In this document: one piece after another, positions 19,328 to 29,724 of the stretch
How positions within the stretch are numbered: the stretch's first letter is position 1
Layout: each line of letters starts with the position of its first letter
Source of the DNA: a virus
Strand: one strand, 5' to 3'
DNA length: 64,000 bases
IMG/VR virus record: IMGVR_UViG_3300034190_002630
Translations under genes and position numbers: made by a program
The notes under the pieces: model-generated
What the model was told of the DNA's origin: nothing
Seen by the model: only the letters and a program-made list of their open reading frames with translations
Databases searched by the model: none

Positions 19328-20653
19328 ATGTCTATTAGAAAGTTTGTACAACAAGTAAGACCTAGAGAACAATCATACAAACCTAAATTAATTATTGTTG
19401 AAGAACTTCTTGCTGAAGAAGAACTTCCAAAAGATATTATGAGGGGTTTAAGTTATGAGAAGTCTGAGAAACAATCTACATCTAAAAGAGATGTTTATAT
19501 TGTTCGTTCATCAGATAGAGAAACTGATAGAGATGAGATTCTAAGAAATCTTAATCAAGCAGGCATCAAGGCATCACTTGGTTCGAGTTCATCATCAGTT
19601 GATCCGATTGATGGCATATATCAAAATAGAAATTTTAGGATTTTTGTAAAACCACTATCTGGTGGCATGGGTGAAACTACTTTAAACTCTAGTATCACAG
19701 AGTTATTTCCCTTAATCGCATTCGAAAAAAAATATAATCCAAAAGATATCATATCATTTCATCAATTTTTACTAGGTGTTGATGTTTCAAAACTTAAATG
19801 TGTTGGCCCAAAAGATATTAAAGCCGCAGAGGAAACAATAAACAAAGCAGATACATCTACTAAGTTTAAAAAAAAAATGGCAAACGCTATTGGTGTTCTT
19901 AAATACATTCAACAAGAAGATAAAAATAAAAAGATAAAAAGTTTGTTTTGGGGATACAGAGCAAAGCCTGCAGGTGTGCCTAGTAAACACCCAGGTGATA
20001 TGTTTATTACTTACAACGATAACAAAATTTTAGGTGTTAGTTTAAAAGCAGGTGGAAAGAAAACATCTGAACCACAATTAAACACTTACATAGGAAAAGT
20101 TTTTGATGAGTTCAAAGATAGAAACTATGGTAAACTAATATCATTGGCATACAAATCAGTTTACTCTAAAATACCAGGTATGCCACCTGAGAGATCATTT
20201 ATTAGAGATAGAAAAACAAAAGATATATTAAGAGACTTTGATAAAAAAAATAATGCACAATATGAAAAATTTTACAATGATTACCTTGAGATTATGAGAC
20301 AAGGAATAGTCAAATTATTTAATAAAAATAAAGATAATACAATAAAATATATTAAAACAAATATACTTAGAGATGCACCTGATGTTCCTACTATAGTGAT
20401 TAAAGCAGTTGGTAGTGATTACGAAGAAGTGACAGATAAAGATCAACTAGGTGTTTTTTTACCACAAGTAAAATTTATTAGGGCAACATCATCTCAATCA
20501 TCTAAACAAAATTGGTTTATAGAATTGACATCTGGCCCAGATACTTTGAAAATGAGTATGTCTATTCGAACAAATAAATCAGGTCATGCTGGATTAAAAA
20601 AGTTAGGTCAATTTAGTCTTGCAGTAAAATACAATGGATTGTCAAAAAAATGA
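19328..20653 (+). CDS. Hypothetical protein with PD-(D/E)xK nuclease-like motif
   Basis: ITE ... HPGDMF ... GVSLK arrangement; GGAG RBS. Confidence 0.55.
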   Translation: MSIRKFVQQVRPREQSYKPKLIIVEELLAEEELPKDIMRGLSYEKSEKQSTSKRDVYIVRSSDRETDRDEILRNLNQAGIKASLGSSSSSVDPIDGIYQNRNFRIFVKPLSGGMGETTLNSSITELFPLIAFEKKYNPKDIISFHQFLLGVDVSKLKCVGPKDIKAAEETINKADTSTKFKKKMANAIGVLKYIQQEDKNKKIKSLFWGYRAKPAGVPSKHPGDMFITYNDNKILGVSLKAGGKKTSEPQLNTYIGKVFDEFKDRNYGKLISLAYKSVYSKIPGMPPERSFIRDRKTKDILRDFDKKNNAQYEKFYNDYLEIMRQGIVKLFNKNKDNTIKYIKTNILRDAPDVPTIVIKAVGSDYEEVTDKDQLGVFLPQVKFIRATSSQSSKQNWFIELTSGPDTLKMSMSIRTNKSGHAGLKKLGQFSLAVKYNGLSKK

Positions 20654-21882
20654 TACAATTTTTAGAGGAACAAGCAGGTAAGAATCTACATTTAGAACAT
20701 ATCGAAGATGAGATAATAAACTTTGGTGTGCCAGGTGGTCGAGCTGCTATAAACTTTTTAAGAAGTTTAAGAGATATGTTAGCAGGTGCGAGTAGATCAT
20801 CTGTTAATATGACTGTTAAATGGGATGGCGCTCCAGCGATATTCGCAGGTATAGACCCAGAGGACGGAAAGTTTTTTGTTGCAAAAAAGTCAGTATTCAA
20901 CGTAAATCCAAAGTTATATAAGACAAACGCAGAGATTGATGCAGATTTATCTGGTGAACTAAATGCAAAATTTAAAGTTGCACTAAAAGAGTTTGCTAAA
21001 CTAGGTATCAAAGGAGTTCTTCAAGGTGATCTTATGTTTACTAATGATCTTGAAACAGATACAATAGATGGTGAAAAAGTTTATACATTTCAACCAAACA
21101 CCATAGTTTACGCAGTGCCAGTTGATTCTGATCTAGGAAAGGTTATGAAAAAAGCAAAGATAGGAGTTGTATGGCATACAACATACTCTGGCAAATCACT
21201 ACCTGTTATGAAAGCATCTTTTGGTGCGAACATCAGTAATTTAAACAAGTCTGCTTCGGTTTGGATGGATGATGCAACATACAAAGACGTATCAGGCAAA
21301 GCCACATTCAATGCCAAAGAAACTGCACTGGTTACGAAAACATTATCAGATGTAGGAAAGACATTTCAAAAAATAAATGCACCAATGTTAAATAAATTCC
21401 TTAGACTTCAAGAATCAATGACTGGTGCGTTGGCAGGTGCATCATATAAAACTTACACAAATAGTAAAGTAAGGAGAGGGGAAAAAGTTAAGAATGCAAA
21501 CAGACATGCTGCAGAGTATGTCAATTGGGTACAAGATTCAGTAAAAAAACAGATTGATAAAGTAAAAACACCTGCTGGAAAGAAAAAATATGAGAATATA
21601 TCTAAACAATATACAATAGAAATCAAAAAACATGTAAGAAATTTGACTGAAGTCGTTAAATTTCAAAATTTTATGATTGATGCAAAAATGCAAATTGTTA
21701 GAAAACTAAATAGTGTAAAACAACTAACAGGCACATTTATTCGTACAGATAATGGATATAAAGTGGTTAACCCAGAGGGTTATGTTGCGATAGACAGAGT
21801 GTCTGGTAATGCTGTGAAATTAGTCGATAGAATGGAATTTTCGTTTAATAATTTCACTGCAATAAAGGCATGGGATAGATGA
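20650..21882 (+). CDS. Conserved T4-like phage protein (DUF6267-like) with ligase/nucleotidyltransferase motifs
   Basis: HLEHIED, TVKWDG (KxDG), QGD, EGYV, KLV. Confidence 0.65.
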   Translation: MIQFLEEQAGKNLHLEHIEDEIINFGVPGGRAAINFLRSLRDMLAGASRSSVNMTVKWDGAPAIFAGIDPEDGKFFVAKKSVFNVNPKLYKTNAEIDADLSGELNAKFKVALKEFAKLGIKGVLQGDLMFTNDLETDTIDGEKVYTFQPNTIVYAVPVDSDLGKVMKKAKIGVVWHTTYSGKSLPVMKASFGANISNLNKSASVWMDDATYKDVSGKATFNAKETALVTKTLSDVGKTFQKINAPMLNKFLRLQESMTGALAGASYKTYTNSKVRRGEKVKNANRHAAEYVNWVQDSVKKQIDKVKTPAGKKKYENISKQYTIEIKKHVRNLTEVVKFQNFMIDAKMQIVRKLNSVKQLTGTFIRTDNGYKVVNPEGYVAIDRVSGNAVKLVDRMEFSFNNFTAIKAWDR

Positions 21883-22256
21883 AAAACATAAAAGATTTAA
21901 TAAACGAACTCAAAGAACGAGTCGTATCAGTCGCTCAAAGAAGAAAGATCGGCAGAAGAATGGCTCGCCTCGCAAAAACATCAGCATTTAAAGCCAAAAG
22001 AGAAAGAGCAATGAAAAAGATTGCCACACCTATGAAACAACGTGTCAAGGCAACTAAGATGGCAAGAAAACTTATTCGTAAGAAATTTTATCCAAAATAT
22101 GATCAGATGGCACCAATGCAGAAGATGAAAATAGATCAAATTGTAAATGCAAAATATGGTGCTGCAATCGAAAAGATTGCAAAGAGAAATTTAATAAAAG
22201 TTAAAAAAGCAGAGATTGAAAAAGTCAAAAGAGCAAGACAGAAAAAAGATGATTAA
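21879..22256 (+). CDS. Highly basic hypothetical protein
   Basis: K/R-rich ORF overlapping neighbours. Confidence 0.65.
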   Translation: MKNIKDLINELKERVVSVAQRRKIGRRMARLAKTSAFKAKRERAMKKIATPMKQRVKATKMARKLIRKKFYPKYDQMAPMQKMKIDQIVNAKYGAAIEKIAKRNLIKVKKAEIEKVKRARQKKDD

Positions 22257-23889
22257 AAAATTTAATGCATATGAACAACCAGGCAAATCAGTTGTGTTTG
22301 CATTTGGTAGATTTAATCCACCAACCACAGGTCATGAAAAATTAATTAACAAAGTAAAACAAGTTGCTGGATCAGATGAATATAGAATATATCCTAGTTT
22401 CTCACAAAATCAAAATAAAGATCCATTGCCACACGCACTAAAGATTGCGTACATGAGAAAAATGTTTCCAAAACATAAAAGAAATATTATTGCTGATAGA
22501 AAAGCTATCACTGCAATAGATATTGCAACTAAATTATATGACCAAGGTTTTAGAAATTTAAAAATGGTTGCTGGTTCAGATAGAGTAAAAGAGTTTGAAA
22601 CATTATTAAAAAAGTATAATGGTGTGGAAGGTAAACGACACGGATTCTATAAGTTTGATAATATTGATGTTGTGTCTGCTGGAGAGAGAGACCCAGATGC
22701 AGAAGGTGTATCAGGTATGTCAGCATCTAAGATGAGGTATCATGCAAACAAAGGTGAATACGATGATTTTGCTGATGGTTTACCTAAAGGATTTAAAGAC
22801 GGAAGAAAATTATTTAGAGATGTTCGTAAGTACATGGGTATTAGAGAACAGAAAGACATGGGTGTCATGAATGAATATGAAGAACTCAGAGACAGATATT
22901 TAACAGGTCAGATATGGAAGATTGGTGATTTAGTAGAGGCAAAGGGTATCGAGGGAAAAATAATTCAAAGAGGAACAAACTATATTACATTTAATGATAG
23001 TCAAGGTAAAGTTCACAAAGCATGGTTGCACGAGATAAAAGTAGAACAAAAAAAAATTACAGCAGTAAGACAAGATAAAGATGTAAAAGATAAACCAGGT
23101 ACGCAACCTGCAAAATATTACTCTGGTGTAAAAAAGAAAACTAAAGACTCAAGAGCTGCACATTTTAGAAAAGGTGCAAAAATGGACGATGACAATCCAG
23201 CTGCATACAAACCAGCACCGGGTGATTCTAAAGGTAAAACTAAACCATCTCAATATACAAAGAAGTTTAAAAAAATGTTTGGTGACTCATATGATATAGG
23301 TAAAGACTATGGTGATCACACAAGATCTGTTACACCTGGCGAAAATAAAAAATTGACAAAAGAAGATATTGAAGGTTGGTATAAAAATGAGGATATACAC
23401 GAAAAGTATGAACTAAGATATGGAGACAATTGGTATATTAAATTAACAGAAACATATAATAAACTTCTTGAAAAGGTTGAAGTTGTTCATGATAATTGTG
23501 GTACACCAGATTGTTGTGGTCAGTGTGCTGATGCAAATATTACTGAACAAAAGAAAGAAACATTAGATTCTTTTGGTACTTTTATATTAAGAAATGCTTG
23601 GGGTGAAATAGTTGAGTCTGCTGAGTTTGAGGGAAGAAAAGTTAAATTAAATGATCCTATACGTACAAGTGAAAATCCTAATAAAAAATTTAAAGTATAT
23701 GTTAAAAACGAAAAAGGTAACGTAGTTGTAGTTCGTTTTGGTGATCCTAATTTAGAAATAAAAAGAGATGACCCTGCCAGAAGAAAATCATTTAGGGCAA
23801 GACATAATTGTGATAACCCAGGGCCAAAAACAAAGGCTAGATATTGGAGTTGTCAACAATGGAGAGCAGGCGCAAAGGTAGATAACTAA
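22249..23889 (+). CDS. Cytidyltransferase-like (HxGH nucleotidyltransferase) domain fused to several phage modules
   Basis: FGRFNPPTTGH, GSDR, SAGERDPD, SASKMR; C-terminal VRFGDP...SFRARH.C...ARYWSC module. Confidence 0.8.
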   Translation: MIKKFNAYEQPGKSVVFAFGRFNPPTTGHEKLINKVKQVAGSDEYRIYPSFSQNQNKDPLPHALKIAYMRKMFPKHKRNIIADRKAITAIDIATKLYDQGFRNLKMVAGSDRVKEFETLLKKYNGVEGKRHGFYKFDNIDVVSAGERDPDAEGVSGMSASKMRYHANKGEYDDFADGLPKGFKDGRKLFRDVRKYMGIREQKDMGVMNEYEELRDRYLTGQIWKIGDLVEAKGIEGKIIQRGTNYITFNDSQGKVHKAWLHEIKVEQKKITAVRQDKDVKDKPGTQPAKYYSGVKKKTKDSRAAHFRKGAKMDDDNPAAYKPAPGDSKGKTKPSQYTKKFKKMFGDSYDIGKDYGDHTRSVTPGENKKLTKEDIEGWYKNEDIHEKYELRYGDNWYIKLTETYNKLLEKVEVVHDNCGTPDCCGQCADANITEQKKETLDSFGTFILRNAWGEIVESAEFEGRKVKLNDPIRTSENPNKKFKVYVKNEKGNVVVVRFGDPNLEIKRDDPARRKSFRARHNCDNPGPKTKARYWSCQQWRAGAKVDN

Positions 23890-24746
23890 TGCAAGAACTA
23901 GGTCAATTCATGTCTCTTGTATCAGACGAAAAACAAAAAGTTCAAAAAATACAAGAGGAAAAAGATAAAAGGTTTAAACCTAGAGTTTCTGTAGGACAAT
24001 CATTATCAGAGTTTTTTAATTTAATATCTGAAGCACCTAGAATTCCTAGAAAAAAAGGACAACCTGCAGGTTCTGACAAACACTCTGATTTATACACAGA
24101 CGAAAATCCAAAAGGAACAATACATGGTTTAGGATTTAAAGATGTTGAAACTGCAAGAGCATCTGTAAAAAAAATTATCAATTCTGGTAGATCACACGCA
24201 CATAAAATACAAGCTGCGATTGCAATGGAGCAAAGAGCAAGAGTAATGGGAAAAACAGCAGAAGCTGCAGTGTATCGAAGATATATTGAAAAGATGAAAA
24301 AGAAAACTAAAGAAATGAGAAAAGAGGACATGGAACCTCAAATTATTGAGAAACATTTCACAAGAGAGATCGTAAGAGAAGTGCCAGTTGAAAAGAAACA
24401 AGAGTTTACAAAAGAAGATAATGCACAAAGAATTGATGTTCTTAAAACATTTTTTGAAAGATTAGATAGTTTCGAACAAAATTTAGAAAAAAGAGAACTG
24501 GCTCAGAAGATGACTAATTACTTACCTGAACAACCAGAACAAAATGAACTGACAAAATTAAAAGAAGATTTTAGACAATTTAAGAACATTATATCACAAC
24601 AAATGGCGACAATAGGAGGCGGTGGCGCAGTAAGACTGCAAGACTTGGACGATGTTGATACATCATCACTTGGTAATGGAAAATTTTTAGTATTTAACTC
24701 TACATCAGGCAAACTAGAATTTACAGATCAAGTGGATGGTAATTAA
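23889..24746 (+). CDS. Hypothetical virion-associated protein
   Basis: HSDLYTDENPKGTI module and C-terminal GGGGAVRL.DLDDV module. Confidence 0.6.
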   Translation: MQELGQFMSLVSDEKQKVQKIQEEKDKRFKPRVSVGQSLSEFFNLISEAPRIPRKKGQPAGSDKHSDLYTDENPKGTIHGLGFKDVETARASVKKIINSGRSHAHKIQAAIAMEQRARVMGKTAEAAVYRRYIEKMKKKTKEMRKEDMEPQIIEKHFTREIVREVPVEKKQEFTKEDNAQRIDVLKTFFERLDSFEQNLEKRELAQKMTNYLPEQPEQNELTKLKEDFRQFKNIISQQMATIGGGGAVRLQDLDDVDTSSLGNGKFLVFNSTSGKLEFTDQVDGN

Positions 24747-25303
24747 TGGCACTTAAAATAAAATTAAAAAGAATTGCTGGAACTCCAACAACTTCAAATT
24801 TAGAAGACGGTGAGATAGCACATAATACAAGTGCGAATACACTTCATGTAAGAATTGGTGATACAATACACGCAGTTGGTGGAAGTGGTTCAGTAGACCT
24901 ATCTGCCGTTGATCAAGATATTATACCTGACGGAAATGGAACAAGAAACTTAGGAAGTGCAACTAAAAGATTTGCTGAATTATTTCTTACAGGAAACACA
25001 ATCAATCTTGGGGGTGCGACAATCAGTTCAGACGGAACAGGAACGATTGCTATTTCTGGTGATGGTGTAACACTTCCAAACAATTCTGCTCTTGCATCTG
25101 GTGAAAAACTTGCCGTTGCGAATAATGAAGGTGTTCCAATAAGAATAGTTAACTTATTTACTGCGGCAGGCGGATTATCTACTGCGGCAACAACACTAAA
25201 TTTTAAAGCATCAGCATCAAGAGATTTAGTTTTTACAGGATTAAAATTAACAAATGGACAAAATATAACATCAACTCAACAAACAACGTTGTTTGAGTTC
25301 TAG
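24746..25303 (+). CDS. Tail fibre-like structural protein
   Basis: IKLKR...P....L.DGEIA N-terminus, IIPD....NLGS...RF beta repeat. Confidence 0.65.
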   Translation: MALKIKLKRIAGTPTTSNLEDGEIAHNTSANTLHVRIGDTIHAVGGSGSVDLSAVDQDIIPDGNGTRNLGSATKRFAELFLTGNTINLGGATISSDGTGTIAISGDGVTLPNNSALASGEKLAVANNEGVPIRIVNLFTAAGGLSTAATTLNFKASASRDLVFTGLKLTNGQNITSTQQTTLFEF

Positions 25304-25317
25304 GAATAAATAAAAAT

Positions 25318-27204
25318 ATGAGTAGTAAAACACCAGTAAGAGTAGTATTTGACGGAAGTAACAATGCGACAGGACTCGCCGAATTTCAATCAGGTGAGTT
25401 TATTCCTTTAACGCATGGTGGACTTGGTGCATCTTTATCTTTAGGAACTGCTGGACAAGTTTTAAAAGTAAACTCTGGCGCTTCTGCTTTAGAATTTGGT
25501 AATGTTGAAGCAATTTTAAATATAGACGGACTCACAGACGGATCAGGTATTACAATCGCTGATGGTGATGACTTTGCAATATCTGACGCTGGAACTGAAA
25601 AAAAAGTAAATGCATCTCAGATTTCTACTTATGTTCAAGGAACTATAAGTGGTGATATAACAATATCAGGTGGAACTGCAGCCATTGGATCTGGTGTTAT
25701 TGTTAACGCAGACATAAACTCAAGTGCGGCTATCGCCGACAGTAAACTTGATACGATATCTACCGCAGGTAAGGTTGCATTATCAGCTTTAGAAATAGAT
25801 GGTGGAACAGACATTGGTGCTGCACTAACAACTTCAGATTTAATAGTTGTTGATGATGGTGCAGGTGGAACAAATAGGAAAGCTGCATTATCAAGATTAG
25901 TTACACTTATGGAGTCAGAGATAGATGCCATTGGTGGTAACTTAACAATAACAGGTAATCTAACTGTTAACGGATCTACGACAACTGTATCTACGACAAA
26001 CACTGTAGTTTCTGATAAATTATTTGAACTCGCAAACGGACAATCAGGCACACCATCAGGTGATATTGGTCTTGTTATGGAAAGAGGAAGTTCTGATAAT
26101 GCATTTATAGGATTTGATGAATCTGCTGATAAATTTATAGTTGGAACAGGTTCGTTCACTGGTTCGACAACTGGTGATTTAACAATAACAACAGGAACAT
26201 TAGTTGCAAACATTGAGGGAAATGTAACAGGTAATGTGACAGGTAATGTAAGTGGCACAGCTGCTACAGTTACAGGTGCAGCTCAGTCAAATATTACATC
26301 ACTCGGAACATTGACAACTTTAACAGTTGATAATATTATAATCAATGGTACAACAATTGGACATACTGATGACACAGATTTAATAACCCTTGCAGATGGT
26401 ATTGCAACTGTGGCAGGTGAAATATCTGTAACAACTCTTGACATTGGTGGAACTAATGTCACATCAACTGCCGCTGAACTTAATTTAGTTGATGGTTCTA
26501 GTGCTGGAACAATTGTTAATAGTAAAGCAGTCATCTATGGTAGTTCTGGTGAGGTAAATGCAACTACGTTACAGATTGCTGGATCATCTATAACATCGAC
26601 TGCTGCTGAACTTAATCTTATGGATGGTGGAACGTCAGCTGGAACAACTGCTGTTGCAGGCGGTGATGGTATCGTGACAAATGACGGTGGAACAATGCGT
26701 CAAACAACAGTTGATACATTTGATACATACTTATCTCAAACTACTAAGACCTTAACAAATAAAAGTTTAACATCACCACAAATAAATACGCAAATAGATT
26801 TACTCGCAAGAGCAGAAGCAAGATTTCAAGATTCATCAGGTGGTCAATATGTTGCACTAAAAGCACCTGCAACTGTTTCAAGTAATGTTACATTTACATT
26901 GCCTGCAGAGGACGGATCAGCAAATCAAGTTTTAAAAACAGATGGTTCAGGCACTCTTAGTTTTGGCACAGATGAACAATCTGCTTTTGCTGATTCAACT
27001 ATAACATCAACACCTGGTGGAAGTGGGGATTTTGATTTATCAAAAACAAATAATTCTGGTAGTTCTGAATCACCTTTTGACTCAAGCGCTCTTGATGCAT
27101 TCGGTGTTATTTTAGGAGTTGTATTTGATGCAATGGAGCCAAGAGGAACAAGCACTGCGAATAACACTGATTTAGGATCAAGTGAGTCACATGTGGGTGC
27201 ATAG
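25318..27204 (+). CDS. Tail fibre protein
   Basis: G/T/S-rich repeats GNLTVNG, GNVTGNVTG, TAAELN, QTLTNK-like, LKTDGSG. Confidence 0.75.
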   Translation: MSSKTPVRVVFDGSNNATGLAEFQSGEFIPLTHGGLGASLSLGTAGQVLKVNSGASALEFGNVEAILNIDGLTDGSGITIADGDDFAISDAGTEKKVNASQISTYVQGTISGDITISGGTAAIGSGVIVNADINSSAAIADSKLDTISTAGKVALSALEIDGGTDIGAALTTSDLIVVDDGAGGTNRKAALSRLVTLMESEIDAIGGNLTITGNLTVNGSTTTVSTTNTVVSDKLFELANGQSGTPSGDIGLVMERGSSDNAFIGFDESADKFIVGTGSFTGSTTGDLTITTGTLVANIEGNVTGNVTGNVSGTAATVTGAAQSNITSLGTLTTLTVDNIIINGTTIGHTDDTDLITLADGIATVAGEISVTTLDIGGTNVTSTAAELNLVDGSSAGTIVNSKAVIYGSSGEVNATTLQIAGSSITSTAAELNLMDGGTSAGTTAVAGGDGIVTNDGGTMRQTTVDTFDTYLSQTTKTLTNKSLTSPQINTQIDLLARAEARFQDSSGGQYVALKAPATVSSNVTFTLPAEDGSANQVLKTDGSGTLSFGTDEQSAFADSTITSTPGGSGDFDLSKTNNSGSSESPFDSSALDAFGVILGVVFDAMEPRGTSTANNTDLGSSESHVGA

Positions 27205-27208
27205 GATT

Positions 27209-27216
27209 TATAAATA
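27209..27216 (+). promoter_or_regulatory. T4-type late promoter
   Basis: Exact TATAAATA in intergenic gap. Confidence 0.8.
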
Positions 27217-27231
27217 AAGGATAGGATAAAA

Positions 27232-28803
27232 ATGACAAGATATAAAAAATCAATGTTTGACGCAACTATGGAAGTATTGAAACCTTCTATGGGCGCTGGT
27301 GCTTATATAAAAGACTTTCGAAAGTCTGATGCTCCACAATTCAAAGGAAAATCAGAAAAAGAGAGAGATAAAATGGCAATCGCCGCCTATCTAGATGCAA
27401 AAGATGAAGTCAATGAGGGCGCAAAAAACAGTGTTATATCTATGACAAAATTTAAAAATCCTAAAATAGTAAAACAAGTTTCAGATATAATTAAAAAAGT
27501 AGGAACTGATAAAATCAAAGTAAAAAAGATACCTGGTGGTATGGAAATCGCAGGTTCCAATGTTCATCTAACACAAGTCATAGATAGATTTTTTGATCAA
27601 ACAATCAAAACTTCAAAAGGTGATTTTTCAACACCTGCATTAATACGGATGAAAGAAGATTATGATTATGAAACATTTGTAATAATGGGTGAAGAAGTTG
27701 AACAACTAGATGAAAAGATTGCAGGTCTTGAGAAAAAATCAGATCAAACAGGTGTTCCATATGGCATACTAAAGAAAAGTTATGATAGAGGTGTTGCCGC
27801 ATGGAGAACAGGTCACAGACCTGGTACAACACCACAACAATGGGCGTTTGCCAGAGTGAACTCAATGTTAACAGGTGGTAAGGCAGACCCAGATTTACAG
27901 GCAAAGATCAAAGCAGGTGGATATAAGAAAAAGAAAAAAGCAAAAAAAGAAGAAACTAATTTAGATGAAGATGCTAAAATGGCAAAACAATCTGATGCTG
28001 ATTTAAAATCTATGATGAAGAAAATGCGTGATGCTGAAAAGAAAGATCCAAAGATGCCTTCTACTCAATTCATGATTAAACGTATTAGCAAAGAAATGAA
28101 AAAAAGAGGTTTAAAAGAAGAAACAATTAAAGAATTCAAAAATATGATTGTCACTATTAATGACCCTCGAAAAAGAAAAAAGGCAATCGATGATTTAGTA
28201 AAAAAGAATTTTGGTATTAAAAAAGATATTATGAACCCTAAAAAATTTAAAGTATATGGTAATGACACAGACTTAAACAAATATGCTAAAGATTTGAAAA
28301 ACTTTTATGGTGCAACTATTAAGGCTGAAGAGTTTCAAATTAAAGAAGATGGTCACATGGATGTTCCAAGTTCAATAAGAATGTGCAAGACTATCATTGA
28401 AGACGCAAACGAAATACAACAGATTTTATCATCGAAGGGTGATGAAAATATAGACACTTGGTGGACAAACAAACTTGCTGTTGCCGCCAGTTCATTGAAT
28501 AAACTTAGAGACTATATCAAAAACCCAATGGAAGAAGGTAGAAAATCTAAGTATGCTCAGGATGATGAGGATGAAGAGGGCGCAAATAAACATATCGTTA
28601 TGCAACTAAGAAAAACAGTTGATTTGAAAGGTAATTTTAAAACTGAATTTGAGGATGGTAAAAAACAAAAAATACCTTTAGAGATCGCAAGAAAATTAAG
28701 TCATAAATATAATATGCTTAAAAAACCAATCGAAAAAGAAATATTCCAAAAGAGAATATCAAAGTCATATAGAGACTTACTAAAAGTGGCAAAGGAGAAG
28801 TAA
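27232..28803 (+). CDS. Modular, charged late protein (probable internal head protein)
   Basis: Late promoter; modules separated by VNE/LDE/IKE-type sites; DF.KSDAPQF and QQWAFARVNS modules. Confidence 0.6.
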   Translation: MTRYKKSMFDATMEVLKPSMGAGAYIKDFRKSDAPQFKGKSEKERDKMAIAAYLDAKDEVNEGAKNSVISMTKFKNPKIVKQVSDIIKKVGTDKIKVKKIPGGMEIAGSNVHLTQVIDRFFDQTIKTSKGDFSTPALIRMKEDYDYETFVIMGEEVEQLDEKIAGLEKKSDQTGVPYGILKKSYDRGVAAWRTGHRPGTTPQQWAFARVNSMLTGGKADPDLQAKIKAGGYKKKKKAKKEETNLDEDAKMAKQSDADLKSMMKKMRDAEKKDPKMPSTQFMIKRISKEMKKRGLKEETIKEFKNMIVTINDPRKRKKAIDDLVKKNFGIKKDIMNPKKFKVYGNDTDLNKYAKDLKNFYGATIKAEEFQIKEDGHMDVPSSIRMCKTIIEDANEIQQILSSKGDENIDTWWTNKLAVAASSLNKLRDYIKNPMEEGRKSKYAQDDEDEEGANKHIVMQLRKTVDLKGNFKTEFEDGKKQKIPLEIARKLSHKYNMLKKPIEKEIFQKRISKSYRDLLKVAKEK

Positions 28804-29723
28804 TGAGTTATTTTAAAAACACACCCGAGAGTCTCTTAGAAAAAGTAAAAGAGATTCAAATAAAAACAGCTGCAAGAGAAGGTAATAAATTTACTAAAGC
28901 ACTTATGGCTGCGAGAGAAAATGGAAATAAATTTTTTACAGTAAATGGTAAAGAATATGAGACAGAAGCTCTTGATGATAAAGATGTAGCAATAATAAAA
29001 AAAGTTGTTGGTAAACTTAAAGGTGCATCACAAGCACACGCAGGTCAATCAAAAGATTTAGAAAAAGCATTAAGTGATGAAGTAAAATATCCTCATGACA
29101 TGTTCGATCCAAAAACAGGTAAAAAAGAAGTTGCAAAGAATGTAGATGATCATAACAGACTTTCAAAAATGGGATACACTCACGATGACCCTAAAAAGAA
29201 AGAAGACCCATCTCATTCAGTAGTTATCAAATCACAAAAGAAAAAAATGAAAGAAGACCCATCTCATTCAGTAGTTATCAAATCACAAAAGAAAAAAATG
29301 AAAGAGGATAACACTAACGACAAGTCTGATGATGGTGAGGGAATGGATAAAGTTCAACCTAAAGCGTTGAAGAAAAAATTTAAAGATAGAATAGATAAAG
29401 ATATTGATAATGACGGTGATGTAGATGATTCTGATAGATATCTTCATAGAAGAAGAAAAGCAGTTTCAAAAGCAATCAAAAAAGAAGAATCAATATCTGA
29501 TATTCAAGGTAATAAAAATCTTTCTATGAGAGAAGCACTTGCTAAAATTTGGAAGACTGATGCAGGCAAAAGTTATTTTGAAGGATTTGCATCTGATGCT
29601 CAAAGAAGAGCTGCCTTTGCACAAGGATACAAAGCAAAAGATAAAGATAAAAAAGAGCAAGTAAAAGAAAAGACTTTAACAGGTAAGAAAGAAACTAAAG
29701 TAGAGATAAATCCAAAAGTTTAA
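28803..29723 (+). CDS. Charged late protein with DxDxDG motif (probable internal head protein)
   Basis: DKDIDNDGDVDDSDRYL motif; K/E/D rich. Confidence 0.6.
   Translation: MSYFKNTPESLLEKVKEIQIKTAAREGNKFTKALMAARENGNKFFTVNGKEYETEALDDKDVAIIKKVVGKLKGASQAHAGQSKDLEKALSDEVKYPHDMFDPKTGKKEVAKNVDDHNRLSKMGYTHDDPKKKEDPSHSVVIKSQKKKMKEDPSHSVVIKSQKKKMKEDNTNDKSDDGEGMDKVQPKALKKKFKDRIDKDIDNDGDVDDSDRYLHRRRKAVSKAIKKEESISDIQGNKNLSMREALAKIWKTDAGKSYFEGFASDAQRRAAFAQGYKAKDKDKKEQVKEKTLTGKKETKVEINPKV
29198..29305 (+). repeat. Perfect 51-bp in-frame tandem duplication (KEDPSHSVVIKSQKKKM x2)
   Basis: Identical units 29198-29248 and 29249-29299. Confidence 0.95.
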
Positions 29724-29724
29724 C

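Noticed and set aside
29198-29305. CRISPR-like array
   Set aside because: Two adjacent copies with no spacer, in frame within a gene; no cas genes. The exonuclease at 62984 lacks Cas4 cluster cysteines
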